64,000 nucleotides of DNA from Bacteroidota bacterium (GCA_964204605.1 OZ123195.1:280076-344075), one strand, 5' to 3'; counted from the stretch's first letter, positions 40,707-51,732 are shown. Made by a program: numbers and translations. Notes: a model not told the origin generated them from the letters alone.

Positions 40707-43013
40707 ATGAAAAAACTGTTCCTGTTTTTCTTTATTTCCGTAATGATAATATCATCTATAATGCATAGCCCTAAAATATATGCTAAAAGAGGGGATACAA
40801 CTTCAGTAAAATTATTTGATAAGTATTTATGGACTTATTATGGTAGCCAGAGTAGATGGGGAGTGTTCCCAAGTGCAGATAAGAAATTTGAACGCATCAT
40901 GATGCATTTTATTCTTACATGTCCCACTGGTGGATGCGGTGAATGGGATTATACAATGAAAGTAATGGCTAGAAATCATACAGGGAAATTAGACTCAAAT
41001 CTTGTAGATGCTCCGTCATTCACAATTGGTGGTGGTGCAAGAGATACCTTGAAAGTTAGTAGCATGCAAACATTTAAGACAAAGTTTAATGCTACAGCTA
41101 AAAAAACTGATACAATCTTAAATTCTCCAATCACAATTTCATTCTATAAAAATAATGCTAGCCCATTTACTGTTTCGGATACACAACAAGTGTATGAAGC
41201 AGAATATTGGAATTATTATTATTCTTCTACAGGCGCAAAATCAGATTCACTATTTGTACAGTCTGATTTACTGTTTACAAAAGGAAATAGAAAAGCATTC
41301 AAGCCTTTCGAAATAGTTCTAGAGACAGAGATAGCTAGATTTATCACTCCTTATGGCAAATGGTTTCCAAAAGATTGGTCATATTCATGGGATTATGATG
41401 TTACAGATTATGCACATATGCTAACAGATTCTACTGAAATACGAGTAATATATGATGGATATTCTCAAGGATCATTATTTACGCTTACTTTTGATATGTT
41501 AGAAGGAATACCAGCAAGAGAAACCTATAAAAGCCAAGTACTGTGGTCTGGAAACCCTACATATGGTGATCCTAATAATCCAATAAGCAATTTTTTAACT
41601 CCTAAAACTATGCCTTCATTAAACAAAGAAGATATGGTTACATTGCGCTTAATGACAACTGGTCATGGATTTGGTGGGACAGAAAATGCAGCCGAATTTT
41701 CTGAAAAGACACATATGATTGCAATCAATGGACAAGATTTGTATGAACAGCATCTATGGCGTCCAGATTGCGGGCAAAATCCTGTTTATCCACAAGCAGG
41801 TACTTGGTATTTCCCAAGGGGTGGCTGGTGCCCAGGCGATGTAGTTCAATATTGGGATTATAATCTAACAGAGCATTTTTCAAAAAGTGATTCTGTACAG
41901 ATTGGCTATAATATGGTAGAATACACAAATGATGATCTTGGAAAAAGAGCTAGCTATATTCTAGAAGGACAAATCCTGTATTCAAAAGCTAATTATATAA
42001 ATAATGCTTCTTTGGAAGAAATTAAAACTCCTAATAATGCATATAAGTATCGGAGAATGAATCCAATTTGTAGGGGACAACAGCCTTTAATAGTTGTTAA
42101 AAACAATGGAAAAGCAGATTTAACTTCACTAGTTATACGTTATAAAGTAGATAATGAAGCTGAAAATGTGTTCAATTGGAAAGGTACTATACCTTATATG
42201 AATACTGCAGAGATTTTATTGCCAGCTTTAGAGTTTCCTAAAGTAGGTGATCATAAGTTTACTGTTGGTGTATATGAACCAAACGGTAAAGCAGATGAAT
42301 CTACTATTGGTGATATGATGACGGTGAATTTTACAAATGGAAAAACTGTCAATAATTCCAAAATTATTCTTACAATCACATTTGATTATGTGCAAGGATA
42401 TAATAATTCTATTCGTTATCAAATAGTAGACAATGAAGGCTATGTAATTAAAGAAAAAGATGGATTTGTAGACAAATCAACAATCAGAGATACCACCACA
42501 TTAGAGGATGGATGTTATAGATTTATCATCTATGAAGAAGGTATTGGAGATGGTTTATTTCCTATTTATTCAGGTTCAACCAGAGGATCTTTTAGTTTAA
42601 AAGATAGTAAGAATACTATGATATACAATACTGCATCTTCTCTTTTTGGTCAACCAGCTGGTGTATATGCTAGTTTTGGTGATAGAGAAATTATAACATT
42701 TCAAGTGAATACAGCTTCAGCTTCTACTGAAGAAGAAATTGTATCTGCTATTGTTCCTGAACTTAGAGTATCGCCAAATCCATTGGTAAATGGCAATGGC
42801 TTCTTAACTGTAAAAGGCCTTCAACATTCTAGTTCTGTTAATGTAAAAATACTATCTCCACTTGGAAGAGAGCTTTATTCACAGATTATCACAGCTGGTG
42901 AAGCGGAGCATTTTCCATTAGATTTGCATGGCTTTGCTTCAGGAAGTTATCAAGTGCAAATATCTCAAGGATCCTTTGTATTAACAGAATCATTGGTCCA
43001 TTTAGCACAATAA
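40707..43013 (+). CDS. PNGase F-like peptide-N4-(N-acetyl-beta-glucosaminyl)asparagine amidase with an about 130-aa insertion and a T9SS C-terminal sorting domain
   Basis: Collinear with Elizabethkingia PNGase F. FDKxxxxxx...CPxxxCxEWD, then RFITPY...DVTD, then the catalytic C-domain TGHGFGGTENAAEFSEKTHMIAINGQ...CGQNPVYPQAGTWYFPRGGWCPGDVV. C-terminus ...VSPNPLVNG...GSYQVQISQGSFVLTESL is T9SS-tail like. Confidence 0.65.
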   Translation: MKKLFLFFFISVMIISSIMHSPKIYAKRGDTTSVKLFDKYLWTYYGSQSRWGVFPSADKKFERIMMHFILTCPTGGCGEWDYTMKVMARNHTGKLDSNLVDAPSFTIGGGARDTLKVSSMQTFKTKFNATAKKTDTILNSPITISFYKNNASPFTVSDTQQVYEAEYWNYYYSSTGAKSDSLFVQSDLLFTKGNRKAFKPFEIVLETEIARFITPYGKWFPKDWSYSWDYDVTDYAHMLTDSTEIRVIYDGYSQGSLFTLTFDMLEGIPARETYKSQVLWSGNPTYGDPNNPISNFLTPKTMPSLNKEDMVTLRLMTTGHGFGGTENAAEFSEKTHMIAINGQDLYEQHLWRPDCGQNPVYPQAGTWYFPRGGWCPGDVVQYWDYNLTEHFSKSDSVQIGYNMVEYTNDDLGKRASYILEGQILYSKANYINNASLEEIKTPNNAYKYRRMNPICRGQQPLIVVKNNGKADLTSLVIRYKVDNEAENVFNWKGTIPYMNTAEILLPALEFPKVGDHKFTVGVYEPNGKADESTIGDMMTVNFTNGKTVNNSKIILTITFDYVQGYNNSIRYQIVDNEGYVIKEKDGFVDKSTIRDTTTLEDGCYRFIIYEEGIGDGLFPIYSGSTRGSFSLKDSKNTMIYNTASSLFGQPAGVYASFGDREIITFQVNTASASTEEEIVSAIVPELRVSPNPLVNGNGFLTVKGLQHSSSVNVKILSPLGRELYSQIITAGEAEHFPLDLHGFASGSYQVQISQGSFVLTESLVHLAQ

Positions 43014-43048
43014 ATAAATAATCATTATTCATCACAATTGGTATTTCA

Positions 43049-44530
43049 ATGAAAATTTCAATATTAAATACTGGGCTTTCTTCTCAAAAAGCAGATGTGG
43101 TTGCGGTATTTAGCTATGAAGATGAAAAACTTCTAGCTTTCGTAAAAAAAGACCTTACGAGTCAATTCCCTTCGGCTTCTGCAACTCTTCAAAGTGAAGA
43201 TTTTAATGGTAAAGCTAAATCTGCGATAACATTATATACTGGTGTTAAATCAATGCCAAGAATCATGCTTATTGGTTTAGGAAAAAAAGATTCATTAACA
43301 ATTGAATCACTTAGAAAAGCTGGTGCAGTAGCTGCAAAAAGAGCAGCAGCTTGTAAAGCAGAAACATTATCAATTCATGCAATGGATTGTGATGGAATTT
43401 CAGCTGCAGATAGTTCGCTTGCATTGATAGAAGGTGCAATGTTAACTAATTATCGTTTTGATAAATATATAACAATTGATAAAGAAAAGAAGAAGCTATC
43501 AACATTCACTTTATTTACTGAGTCTAAAAAAACAGCTGCAGCTGCAAAAGGCATCGTCAATTATGCATCCGCTATGTATGAGGGTGTTACATTGGCTAGA
43601 AATCTTGCAAATGCACCAAATAATGAAATTTATCCTGAAACATTAGCTAAAACTGCTTTGTCTGTGGGTAAATCTGCTGATATTAAAGTTACAATTCTCG
43701 ATAAAAAGAAAATTCAAAGCTTAAAAATGGGTGGTTTATTAGCTGTAAATCAAGGTAGTGTAAGGCCTCCAGTATTTATTGTCATGGAATATAAAGGTGG
43801 TAAATCAACCGATAAGCCATTCGTAATTGTTGGCAAAGGCATTACATTCGATACAGGTGGAATTTCTATAAAACCAGCTGGTGGAATGGGTGATATGAAA
43901 ATGGATATGCATGGTGCTGCAAGTGCAATTGGTGCTATTGTAGCAATTGCAAAAGCGAAACTTCCCATTAATGTAACTACACTGGTGCCTTCTACAGAGA
44001 ATATGCCTAGTGGTTCAGCTTATGTGCCTGGAGATATCATTACATTTATGAATGGTAAAACAGCGGAAATTGATAATACTGATGCCGAAGGAAGACTTAT
44101 TCTTGCAGATGCATTGACATATGCATCTAAATTCAATCCGGTAGCAGTAATTGATTTAGCAACTTTAACTGGTGCTTGTGTTGTTGCTCTTGGTGGAGTG
44201 ACAACTGGTTTAATGGGTACCGATGAATTGTTAAAGTCTAGAATTAAGAAAGCAGCTGAACGTACGAATGAATATGTATGCGAATTACCGCTATATGAAG
44301 AATATGAAGAGTTAATTAAGAGTGATGTTGCAGATGTAAAGAATTCTGGTGGACGTGGCGCTGGAACGATTACAGCAGCCTTGTTCTTAAAACACTTTAT
44401 CGGCGATTATCCTTGGGCCCATTTAGATATAGCAGGAACTGGTATGTCTACTAAAGATACTGATTATATGCCTAAAGGCGGAACAGGTGTCGGAGTTAGA
44501 CTACTTTTAGATATTGCAAAAAATTGGTAA
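43049..44530 (+). CDS. pepA: Leucyl aminopeptidase (M17 family)
   Basis: M17 signature NTDAEGRLILADAL, GKGITFDTGGISIKP, and the metal ligands. Confidence 0.88.
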   Translation: MKISILNTGLSSQKADVVAVFSYEDEKLLAFVKKDLTSQFPSASATLQSEDFNGKAKSAITLYTGVKSMPRIMLIGLGKKDSLTIESLRKAGAVAAKRAAACKAETLSIHAMDCDGISAADSSLALIEGAMLTNYRFDKYITIDKEKKKLSTFTLFTESKKTAAAAKGIVNYASAMYEGVTLARNLANAPNNEIYPETLAKTALSVGKSADIKVTILDKKKIQSLKMGGLLAVNQGSVRPPVFIVMEYKGGKSTDKPFVIVGKGITFDTGGISIKPAGGMGDMKMDMHGAASAIGAIVAIAKAKLPINVTTLVPSTENMPSGSAYVPGDIITFMNGKTAEIDNTDAEGRLILADALTYASKFNPVAVIDLATLTGACVVALGGVTTGLMGTDELLKSRIKKAAERTNEYVCELPLYEEYEELIKSDVADVKNSGGRGAGTITAALFLKHFIGDYPWAHLDIAGTGMSTKDTDYMPKGGTGVGVRLLLDIAKNW

Positions 44531-44562
44531 TGGGTTTGTATCCCGAATTACATTGTAGTAAT

Positions 44563-44596
44563 AAAAAAACCATCCAAGAAATTGGATGGTTTTTTT
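44563..44596. terminator. Bidirectional rho-independent terminator between pepA (+) and the outer-membrane protein gene (-)
   Basis: A-run, then stem CCATCCAA / TTGGATGG with loop GAAA, then T-run (AAAAAAACCATCCAAGAAATTGGATGGTTTTTTT). Confidence 0.6.
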
Positions 44597-44620
44597 ATTA
44601 AGAATATATATTATTAGCGA

Positions 44621-45505
44621 TTATAGAGAGAATCTTAAATCAGCACCAATTTGAAGAGCACTAACTGTCCAATTATCACCGGTATTCACTTTAGTTAATC
44701 CTAAATTATAATATACAGCAGGTACAAACAATAAAGAACCAGCTAGGATTTCATATTGAGCACCAAATTTTAAACCCAAACGGAATGGGCTTTTGTCAAT
44801 AATATCGCCTGAATATAGACGTATTGAAGTTTTTGTATCATCAGCATATTCTGGCTTATAACCATTCTTACCTGCAATAGAATTATCAGATAATTGTAAT
44901 GAACCAGGAAGTGTTGGTGCAACAAATTGAACTGGATTTGATGGATCAAAAGCTAATTCAAATCGTTGTTCTTGTGTGCCACCCATTGGAATACCAAATT
45001 GTGGGCCAGCTGTTAATCCAAGCATTGTACCAGGTAAGTTAAAACGATACATCACTTCCATGTTTAACAGTGAATATTTAACTACTGTAACATGATTAAC
45101 TGAGGATTCTACAACTTGACTAGATGAAGAAGAACCTAATAATTTTGATGGATATTTATCACCATCTACAGAAAAACTTGCAGGCTGATAATCATATACT
45201 ACTCTTGCAATGATTGAAGAATTTGCATTCTTAGGATCGCCTAATAAGTATTCACCGGACAAACCAAAATAATAACCATTATCTGTTCCGGTTTCGAAAG
45301 TAGGACATTGCACATCGCCAACGATAGAAGCAAAGCCACCTGTATGCATAGACTTATTGTAACCAAAAACAGGCCCAACAAGGATAGGAGATTTTTTACC
45401 ACTTGGCTTACGAGGGTCAGCTGCTTGTGAAAAAACATCCGTTGAAAAGAAAAAAGTGAGAGCCACTAGGGCAATAAACAGTCGCTGAAGATGCATGAGG
45501 TTCAC
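44621..45505 (-). CDS. Outer-membrane beta-barrel protein (porin-like), hypothetical
   Basis: Signal peptide, alternating hydrophobic beta-strand pattern, C-terminal ...GADLRFSL. Confidence 0.45.
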   Translation of the reverse strand: MNLMHLQRLFIALVALTFFFSTDVFSQAADPRKPSGKKSPILVGPVFGYNKSMHTGGFASIVGDVQCPTFETGTDNGYYFGLSGEYLLGDPKNANSSIIARVVYDYQPASFSVDGDKYPSKLLGSSSSSQVVESSVNHVTVVKYSLLNMEVMYRFNLPGTMLGLTAGPQFGIPMGGTQEQRFELAFDPSNPVQFVAPTLPGSLQLSDNSIAGKNGYKPEYADDTKTSIRLYSGDIIDKSPFRLGLKFGAQYEILAGSLLFVPAVYYNLGLTKVNTGDNWTVSALQIGADLRFSL

Positions 45506-45777
45506 CTTTTCACCAAATAATAAATATAAATCACTTCATTTCGAAAGTTATAAGGCTATTTCGATTTAATAAAAATACGTTAAATCTTGCTTAATATCTA
45601 AACAATGAACTATTTTTTATCTTTTAGATGTTCAGAAATTTTTTCATCAAAAGATAAAGCCCATATAAATCAAAATAGCTTTAGCTCAAATTTAATAGAA
45701 GTTTTACCATTAGACAAGAATAAAATGCATATCGGGAAAACTTTTCTTTCAACATATCAAATATGATTGTAATGAAA

Positions 45778-48700
45778 TCAATCAAAATTAATTAAAGATT
45801 GTGTGAAAGATTTTCCAAGTGCTTGAAATATAAGAATATAACTTCCGGGCAACAATGATGATTTATCAATTTGTACTTGATGTAACCCTTTGCTTCCTTT
45901 AGCAGAATAATGCATTTTTTCATTACCTAGTATGTCTAATAATTGAATGGAATATTCACATTCTTTTGATAACAGGAAAGAAACAGTAGAATTATAATCT
46001 AATGGATGTGGTCCAACACCTAGTAATCCAAAACCTGAATTTGCTGCTCCTATTATTCTCATATCATAAGCACATACTTTTTCCATCATTATTGGATAAG
46101 AAGTAGTATCAACAGTAAAACAGTCATTACTAGGATTGATTAAACGAATTGTTATCGTTCCTACACTGTCAGTTAAATATGTATCAAAGTCTAATTCAGT
46201 ATGCCAAGTGCCGCTTCCATCTAAAATTAACTCTGTACCTGATTCTATTAATACTGTTGATTGACTTACAGGAATAATGTCAGCAGGTAATTTTATTTCT
46301 CCTGAAATACCATTGAAGTATAAAATTGAAGATTTATTGATACATGTTACAGCTTTCGCTGGATATTCAAGGAGTAATTTGGGCTTAAATTGTACAGATG
46401 AAGTTACGGGGGCATCATAAGATCCAGTGATGCTTAGTTTCATCTGCTCGCCAGGAAAATACGATATAGGCTGAATTGACTTATTAGTAAATGAAATCTT
46501 ATTTTCTATAGATAGTAAAGAAACATTTGTTTTCAGCTGGATTGAATCATTGACAATAGCTGTAAACTGAATGATATCACTTCCAATTTTAGTAAAAGTA
46601 ACATTGAAAAAATAGGTTAAAAATCCATTGTTGGCTGGAATAGTTAATGGGAATTGCTGATTAACTCTTTTAATTACAGAAATACTATCTTTTAATGATT
46701 GAAAATCTATACTTTTTACATAAACATCACGATTGCCTTTATTCATGATGGTTATGCCAATAACTCTTTCTGTGCACACTCTTGTTCTTACTGAACCAGT
46801 ATTGGATATATCTATTTTTATGGTGTCTATTGATACAGCATTACCCCAAATCTCTGCTATACTCATAGTTTTCTTATAAGCTGGCAGGGCATCATGATAG
46901 ATTGCTAGTTTGATGCTATGTTTACCAATTCTTTTTGGATTAAATGTTATGGGAATAGAATATGCTGTCCCATAATTAATTATCTGATTTTTTAAATATG
47001 TTGGGTCGATACTAAAAGAAGAAATATCTCCGCTTACTATTATGATTGAATCGACAGAAAGTGATTCATTACCATATGTTTTAAACAAAACACAATTTGA
47101 ATCTTTAGTTTGACCTTCTACTATTGTGCCTAGATATGTATCATTTACACGTATAAAAGGTTGTGTACCTATTCCATGTAATTCAATCGTTTGTTTCCCT
47201 GTAACAAATCCATTAGTAAACTGTATAGCTCCAAAGCCCGAATAGGCAATAGTATCTAGTGGAGTAAATGTTAAAGAAATTAATATAGAGTCATATGGAT
47301 TTACATTAATAGATGGTACATTATTAGGTAATTCAACGTGAAAAATATTTTGATCAAATCCGGAGCTGTCTATAGTTATAATTGCTTTGTCAGATCCTGT
47401 ATTGTATATAGTTACAATAGCATTATTTACTGTTTGTGTCCTTTTCTTTTTCCAATCGTATATTATCCCTGTTATACGTGGTGTAATTCCTTTACCGAGT
47501 ACAAATGCTTGATTATCTATATTCTGAGTGTTGATTACGGTAACACTTTCCTGATAGTTAACTGTATCTGAAGGATAAAAATGACATGGTAATATCAGTG
47601 AATCATTAGGAGTAAGAGAAAAAGGAAATATAGTAGATGTATCTATTACAAATGTACTGTTAGATTTTTGTGTATAATTCAATTGTAACAGTTGTACAGA
47701 TTTTTTGCCTGTATTTATAATTGTAATATTACCTTTTCTACTACTATCTTTAACACTTACTTTCCCAAAATCATGTCCTTCAATCAACAGAGATTGTTTA
47801 TATATCGATCCCTTAATTGGAATAGTAATCATGGTTTTACATTGTGTCTCTAGATAGAGAAAAGCTGATACATCAGATGTATCAGGATTTGCTTTGAAAC
47901 ATATAGTGATTGTCCTGGTATTACCTGGAGCAATACATTCATCAAAAAGAGGTAATCCTTTTTCTGCAAATGATAATCTGTTGTCTCCCATCATTGAAGC
48001 TTGAAGAAAACATACAGTATCTAATCCAAAATTTTTAATTGTATAATCAATACAAATAGAATCGCCACTTGCTATTTCTTTGAACTGAATGGTATCAGAC
48101 ATAATAAGAGATAAGGCAGAATATGTATGAACATATATCGTTTTATTTCCAGCATTATCTATAGCTTCTAATGTAATTTTTGCATTTCTTTTGGCATCAA
48201 TTGGGTTCGCTGTAAAACTACCTGACATAGAATTATCAAAAATTCGAGAAATATTCCAATTATAATTATATGTGCTATCTTCAATGATATTGATATCATA
48301 TAATCCAGAATAATCGTTAAGTAATACTTCTTCTATTTCACCTTGTAATTTGCCACATTCTTCTTTTATGTTAATTCGTGGAGATAATGTGTCAATCCCT
48401 TTTGACAATGCAAATCCCAAAGGATATCCATAGGCATCATCAGAACCCAGACCATAAAGAGAACAAGCAAAATTACCTTCACTAGAAGATAGTTTGTGAG
48501 TTCCTGGTGAAACAGGTAAAGCTACATAAAATAGGGTAGTACCAGAAATTCTTTGTTGTTTTAATTCAGTAGTTATAGAGCTAATATAATTGTTGTCTAA
48601 CATGATATAATCAACGGCATCTTCGCTACAAATTACATTTATAAAATGCCTGTTAAATTGATTTGGATTTGTAGGAGGATTATACATCACATGGAAAAGT

Positions 48701-49830
48701 GCCTCTTTGACAAATGATTCTAACGAAGGCAAGATAATCATGCATGGGTCATATGTTTGGGAATTTGGGTCTGATGAATAGCTTGTACTCATATATTGAG
48801 CCACGCTGATTGGTTTATCAGCTTGGATTAATAAAGGTTCTCTGATAAAATTGAGTGTAGTAAAATCTCCAGGATTATTTAGCGTATACGAATTAGTACC
48901 ACCAGAGCCTTTCGCTTGCACAGTGGTATTAGATTGTAGGCACATAATTCTGAAAAAGTCTCCATTGCTACCATTTTTAAATGGCATCGTAGGGTATTGC
49001 TTACCCCATATTGATGTAGGTTGGAGCATTTCTATTAAATGATTTTTGCTGTCAAAATCATTTAATCCTATAGGTATTGCTGTTCTTACATGTCCGCCAA
49101 AAACTCCTATTGGCTTATCCGAACGAATAATTGTACCGCTTAAATCTCCTTGTCCTTTAGGAAGTGTATCAGATTTTACTAAGTAGCAATCTCCTTTATT
49201 AAGAAGAATATACGTAGAGATATTTTTTCCAATACCATTCCAAGTAGCAGATTTTGGAGCAAATTCTATTGTAGTTTGATCTTCTGATGCTATAATCATG
49301 AATTCACTTGTTCTGGGAACTTTAGCATCAATTGGATGAGGTGTCATATAGATATCATTCGGCCAAGAATGCACTATATATTCAAGGCCCCATTTATGAA
49401 CAGGTATTGCTGAATATCCATCTGTTGTTAAAGATTGACTACTTAATCCGCTTACTGTGATTGGCTCATCAGAAATTATCTCAACTGCCTGCCTTAATGC
49501 AATTTCAGATCTAATCATTTCTATTGATGGAAAATACAATGGAAATTGTATAACTGAATCTGCAGGAATTTTGATTGTTGTTCTGGCAGTGCCATAAGGA
49601 GAAGCTATAGATACGGTAGCATTTTTATGTGAAGAAATAAATAAGTTAAGTGCTACGCCACCAGGAGCTAAATAGATTTCATTTTGCATAAAACCCAATA
49701 AGAAATACCTTCCTCCCAAACCAGATTGTTTAGATTGTATTTCATTATATCTATCATTACTATGTGCACTAAACACATTGCTAAGCATTACTGCAATCAA
49801 ACAGATAAAGATATGTATAGTGGTCTTCAA
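45778..49830 (-). CDS. Large (1350 aa) secreted multi-Ig-like adhesin-type protein with IgGFc-binding-like N-domain and T9SS C-terminal sorting domain
   Basis: Signal peptide. N-terminal GGRYFLLGFMQNEIYL... resembles the IgGFc-binding N-domain seen on gliding/T9SS proteins. Long beta-rich repeats. C-terminus ...LLPGSYILIFQALGKSFTQSLINFD is T9SS-tail like. Confidence 0.6.
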   Translation of the reverse strand: MKTTIHIFICLIAVMLSNVFSAHSNDRYNEIQSKQSGLGGRYFLLGFMQNEIYLAPGGVALNLFISSHKNATVSIASPYGTARTTIKIPADSVIQFPLYFPSIEMIRSEIALRQAVEIISDEPITVSGLSSQSLTTDGYSAIPVHKWGLEYIVHSWPNDIYMTPHPIDAKVPRTSEFMIIASEDQTTIEFAPKSATWNGIGKNISTYILLNKGDCYLVKSDTLPKGQGDLSGTIIRSDKPIGVFGGHVRTAIPIGLNDFDSKNHLIEMLQPTSIWGKQYPTMPFKNGSNGDFFRIMCLQSNTTVQAKGSGGTNSYTLNNPGDFTTLNFIREPLLIQADKPISVAQYMSTSYSSDPNSQTYDPCMIILPSLESFVKEALFHVMYNPPTNPNQFNRHFINVICSEDAVDYIMLDNNYISSITTELKQQRISGTTLFYVALPVSPGTHKLSSSEGNFACSLYGLGSDDAYGYPLGFALSKGIDTLSPRINIKEECGKLQGEIEEVLLNDYSGLYDINIIEDSTYNYNWNISRIFDNSMSGSFTANPIDAKRNAKITLEAIDNAGNKTIYVHTYSALSLIMSDTIQFKEIASGDSICIDYTIKNFGLDTVCFLQASMMGDNRLSFAEKGLPLFDECIAPGNTRTITICFKANPDTSDVSAFLYLETQCKTMITIPIKGSIYKQSLLIEGHDFGKVSVKDSSRKGNITIINTGKKSVQLLQLNYTQKSNSTFVIDTSTIFPFSLTPNDSLILPCHFYPSDTVNYQESVTVINTQNIDNQAFVLGKGITPRITGIIYDWKKKRTQTVNNAIVTIYNTGSDKAIITIDSSGFDQNIFHVELPNNVPSINVNPYDSILISLTFTPLDTIAYSGFGAIQFTNGFVTGKQTIELHGIGTQPFIRVNDTYLGTIVEGQTKDSNCVLFKTYGNESLSVDSIIIVSGDISSFSIDPTYLKNQIINYGTAYSIPITFNPKRIGKHSIKLAIYHDALPAYKKTMSIAEIWGNAVSIDTIKIDISNTGSVRTRVCTERVIGITIMNKGNRDVYVKSIDFQSLKDSISVIKRVNQQFPLTIPANNGFLTYFFNVTFTKIGSDIIQFTAIVNDSIQLKTNVSLLSIENKISFTNKSIQPISYFPGEQMKLSITGSYDAPVTSSVQFKPKLLLEYPAKAVTCINKSSILYFNGISGEIKLPADIIPVSQSTVLIESGTELILDGSGTWHTELDFDTYLTDSVGTITIRLINPSNDCFTVDTTSYPIMMEKVCAYDMRIIGAANSGFGLLGVGPHPLDYNSTVSFLLSKECEYSIQLLDILGNEKMHYSAKGSKGLHQVQIDKSSLLPGSYILIFQALGKSFTQSLINFD

Positions 49831-50019
49831 TGGGATTTATTGTATAAGTACATTTGACAGTAAGTAATTTTGCGATGAGCCTTGTTAAATACGATAATTT
49901 TTATGAATAAACCAATCAAAATATACCTTAAAATTGGTTGATTACAACAAAAACATCAAGACCTCGTTCATGCAATGCAAAAGAGCTTAATCTATTATAA
50001 CCGCTTCGAAATATTTATT

Positions 50020-50928
50020 ATGGACTTCAAAGATTATTATTCAATCCTAGGATTACAAAAAACTGCTAGTCAGGATGAAATTAAAAAAGCATATAGAAAG
50101 CTTGCTCAGCAGTATCATCCAGATAAAAATCCAGGAGATGCATCTGCAGAAGCAAAGTTTAAAGAAATTAACGAAGCTAATCAAGTATTGAGTGATCCTC
50201 AAAATCGGGCAAAGTATGATAAACTTGGTTCTAGTTGGAATAGCTACAGACAAAATCCCGGTACAAATCCTCAAGATTTTAATTGGCAGGCTTGGCAACA
50301 ACAATCAAGACAAGGCAATGGCTCTCAACAGGATTTTTCATCGATGTTTGGTGGCTCTCAAGGCGGATTTTCTGATTTCTTTGAGTCCATTTTTAATGCT
50401 AATTCTACTAAGAAAAAAACAACTGGCACTGCACCAAAAGCACGCAAAAATATTACAACTGCAGAAGTATCAATTACTTTAGAACAAGCATATAAAGGAT
50501 GCTCGTTGAATGTAAATACTCAAGGAATAAACAGAGAAGTTAAATTAAAGCCAGGTATTAAGCATGGACAAAAACTTAGTATTCCATCAAAACAAGGTTC
50601 TGATCTGCATGTAACAGTTTTTATAAAACAAGATGAACGATTTACAATCAATGATACTAATCTAGAGGCAAATATTTCTGTAGATTTATACACAGCAATT
50701 CTTGGTGGGGAAGTGAATGTTCAAACATTAAAAGGAACAGTGTCAGTAAAAATACCGCCTGAATCTCTGCAAGGAAGTAAATTGCGCCTAAAAAATCTGG
50801 GAATGCCCGTTCATGGTTCAGAAAATTCTTTTGGTGATTTGATTCTATCATTACAAATCATTCTTCCACAACATTTATCTGAACAAGAAAAAGATTTATT
50901 TCGCTCATTAGCCGAATACAAAAAATAA
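50020..50928 (+). CDS. DnaJ-domain co-chaperone lacking the zinc-finger region (CbpA-like)
   Basis: J-domain DYYSILGL...[15 protein letters not shown] with HPD motif, G/F/Q-rich linker, DnaJ C-terminal domains, and no CxxCxGxG repeats. The track ORF starts at 49975, but the J domain begins at the ATG at 50020. Confidence 0.8.
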   Translation: MDFKDYYSILGLQKTASQDEIKKAYRKLAQQYHPDKNPGDASAEAKFKEINEANQVLSDPQNRAKYDKLGSSWNSYRQNPGTNPQDFNWQAWQQQSRQGNGSQQDFSSMFGGSQGGFSDFFESIFNANSTKKKTTGTAPKARKNITTAEVSITLEQAYKGCSLNVNTQGINREVKLKPGIKHGQKLSIPSKQGSDLHVTVFIKQDERFTINDTNLEANISVDLYTAILGGEVNVQTLKGTVSVKIPPESLQGSKLRLKNLGMPVHGSENSFGDLILSLQIILPQHLSEQEKDLFRSLAEYKK

Positions 50929-50929
50929 T

Positions 50930-51688
50930 ATGAATATTCTTATTACAAATGATGATGGTATTGACTCTCCTGGTATCGCTGCACTTGCACATGCATTAAA
51001 AAGAATTGGTAATGTGATTGTCATTGCACCGGATAGACAGCAAAGTGCTGTAGGGCATGCCTTAACTGTAAGTGCACCTTTAAGGGCTGTACCATTCCAC
51101 AGAGATGGAGATATGTTTGGTTATGCAGTTAATGGAACCCCTGCTGATTGCGTTAAATTAGGTGTCTCAACTTTACTTGATTATACTCCAGATATCGTTG
51201 TTTCTGGAATTAATCATGGCTCAAATACATCTGTTAATGTAATGTATTCAGGTACAGTTTCAGCAGCAACCGAAGCAATGATGATAGGCATTCCATCTAT
51301 GGCTGTATCCTTAACTTCATTTGATCTAGCTTCAGATATGAGCGTAGCTGCAGATTATGCTGCTTTAATAGCAGAAAAACTTTTACATATGAATGTACCA
51401 AAAGACACTGTCTTAAATGTAAATATTCCAACTTTATCTGCAGATGAAATAAAAGGGATAAAAATTACTAGATTAAGTAATTCTTATTGGAATGATAGTT
51501 ATGATACGAGAAAAGACCCAATGGGAAGAGACTACTATTGGATTGTAGGCACTTTTATTGCCCCTGAAGCCGATGATATCGAAACTGATGATGGTGCAGT
51601 AAGGAATGGATATGTATCAATCACCCCGATACATTATGATTTAACAAATAGAAAATATCTGCAAGAAATGAAACATCTGTTTGGATAA
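50930..51688 (+). CDS. surE: 5'/3'-nucleotidase SurE
   Basis: MNILITNDDGIDSPGI and the GINHGSN motif. Confidence 0.88.
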   Translation: MNILITNDDGIDSPGIAALAHALKRIGNVIVIAPDRQQSAVGHALTVSAPLRAVPFHRDGDMFGYAVNGTPADCVKLGVSTLLDYTPDIVVSGINHGSNTSVNVMYSGTVSAATEAMMIGIPSMAVSLTSFDLASDMSVAADYAALIAEKLLHMNVPKDTVLNVNIPTLSADEIKGIKITRLSNSYWNDSYDTRKDPMGRDYYWIVGTFIAPEADDIETDDGAVRNGYVSITPIHYDLTNRKYLQEMKHLFG

Positions 51689-51732
51689 AAGGCAAGCATA
51701 ACCTACCTTTTATCCAATTTCAGATTATGAAT

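Noticed and set aside
51686-51712. Possible terminator after surE (AAAGG...CCTTT)
   Set aside because: The stem is only 5 bp with a 13-nt loop, and the T-run is weak. That is too marginal to call.
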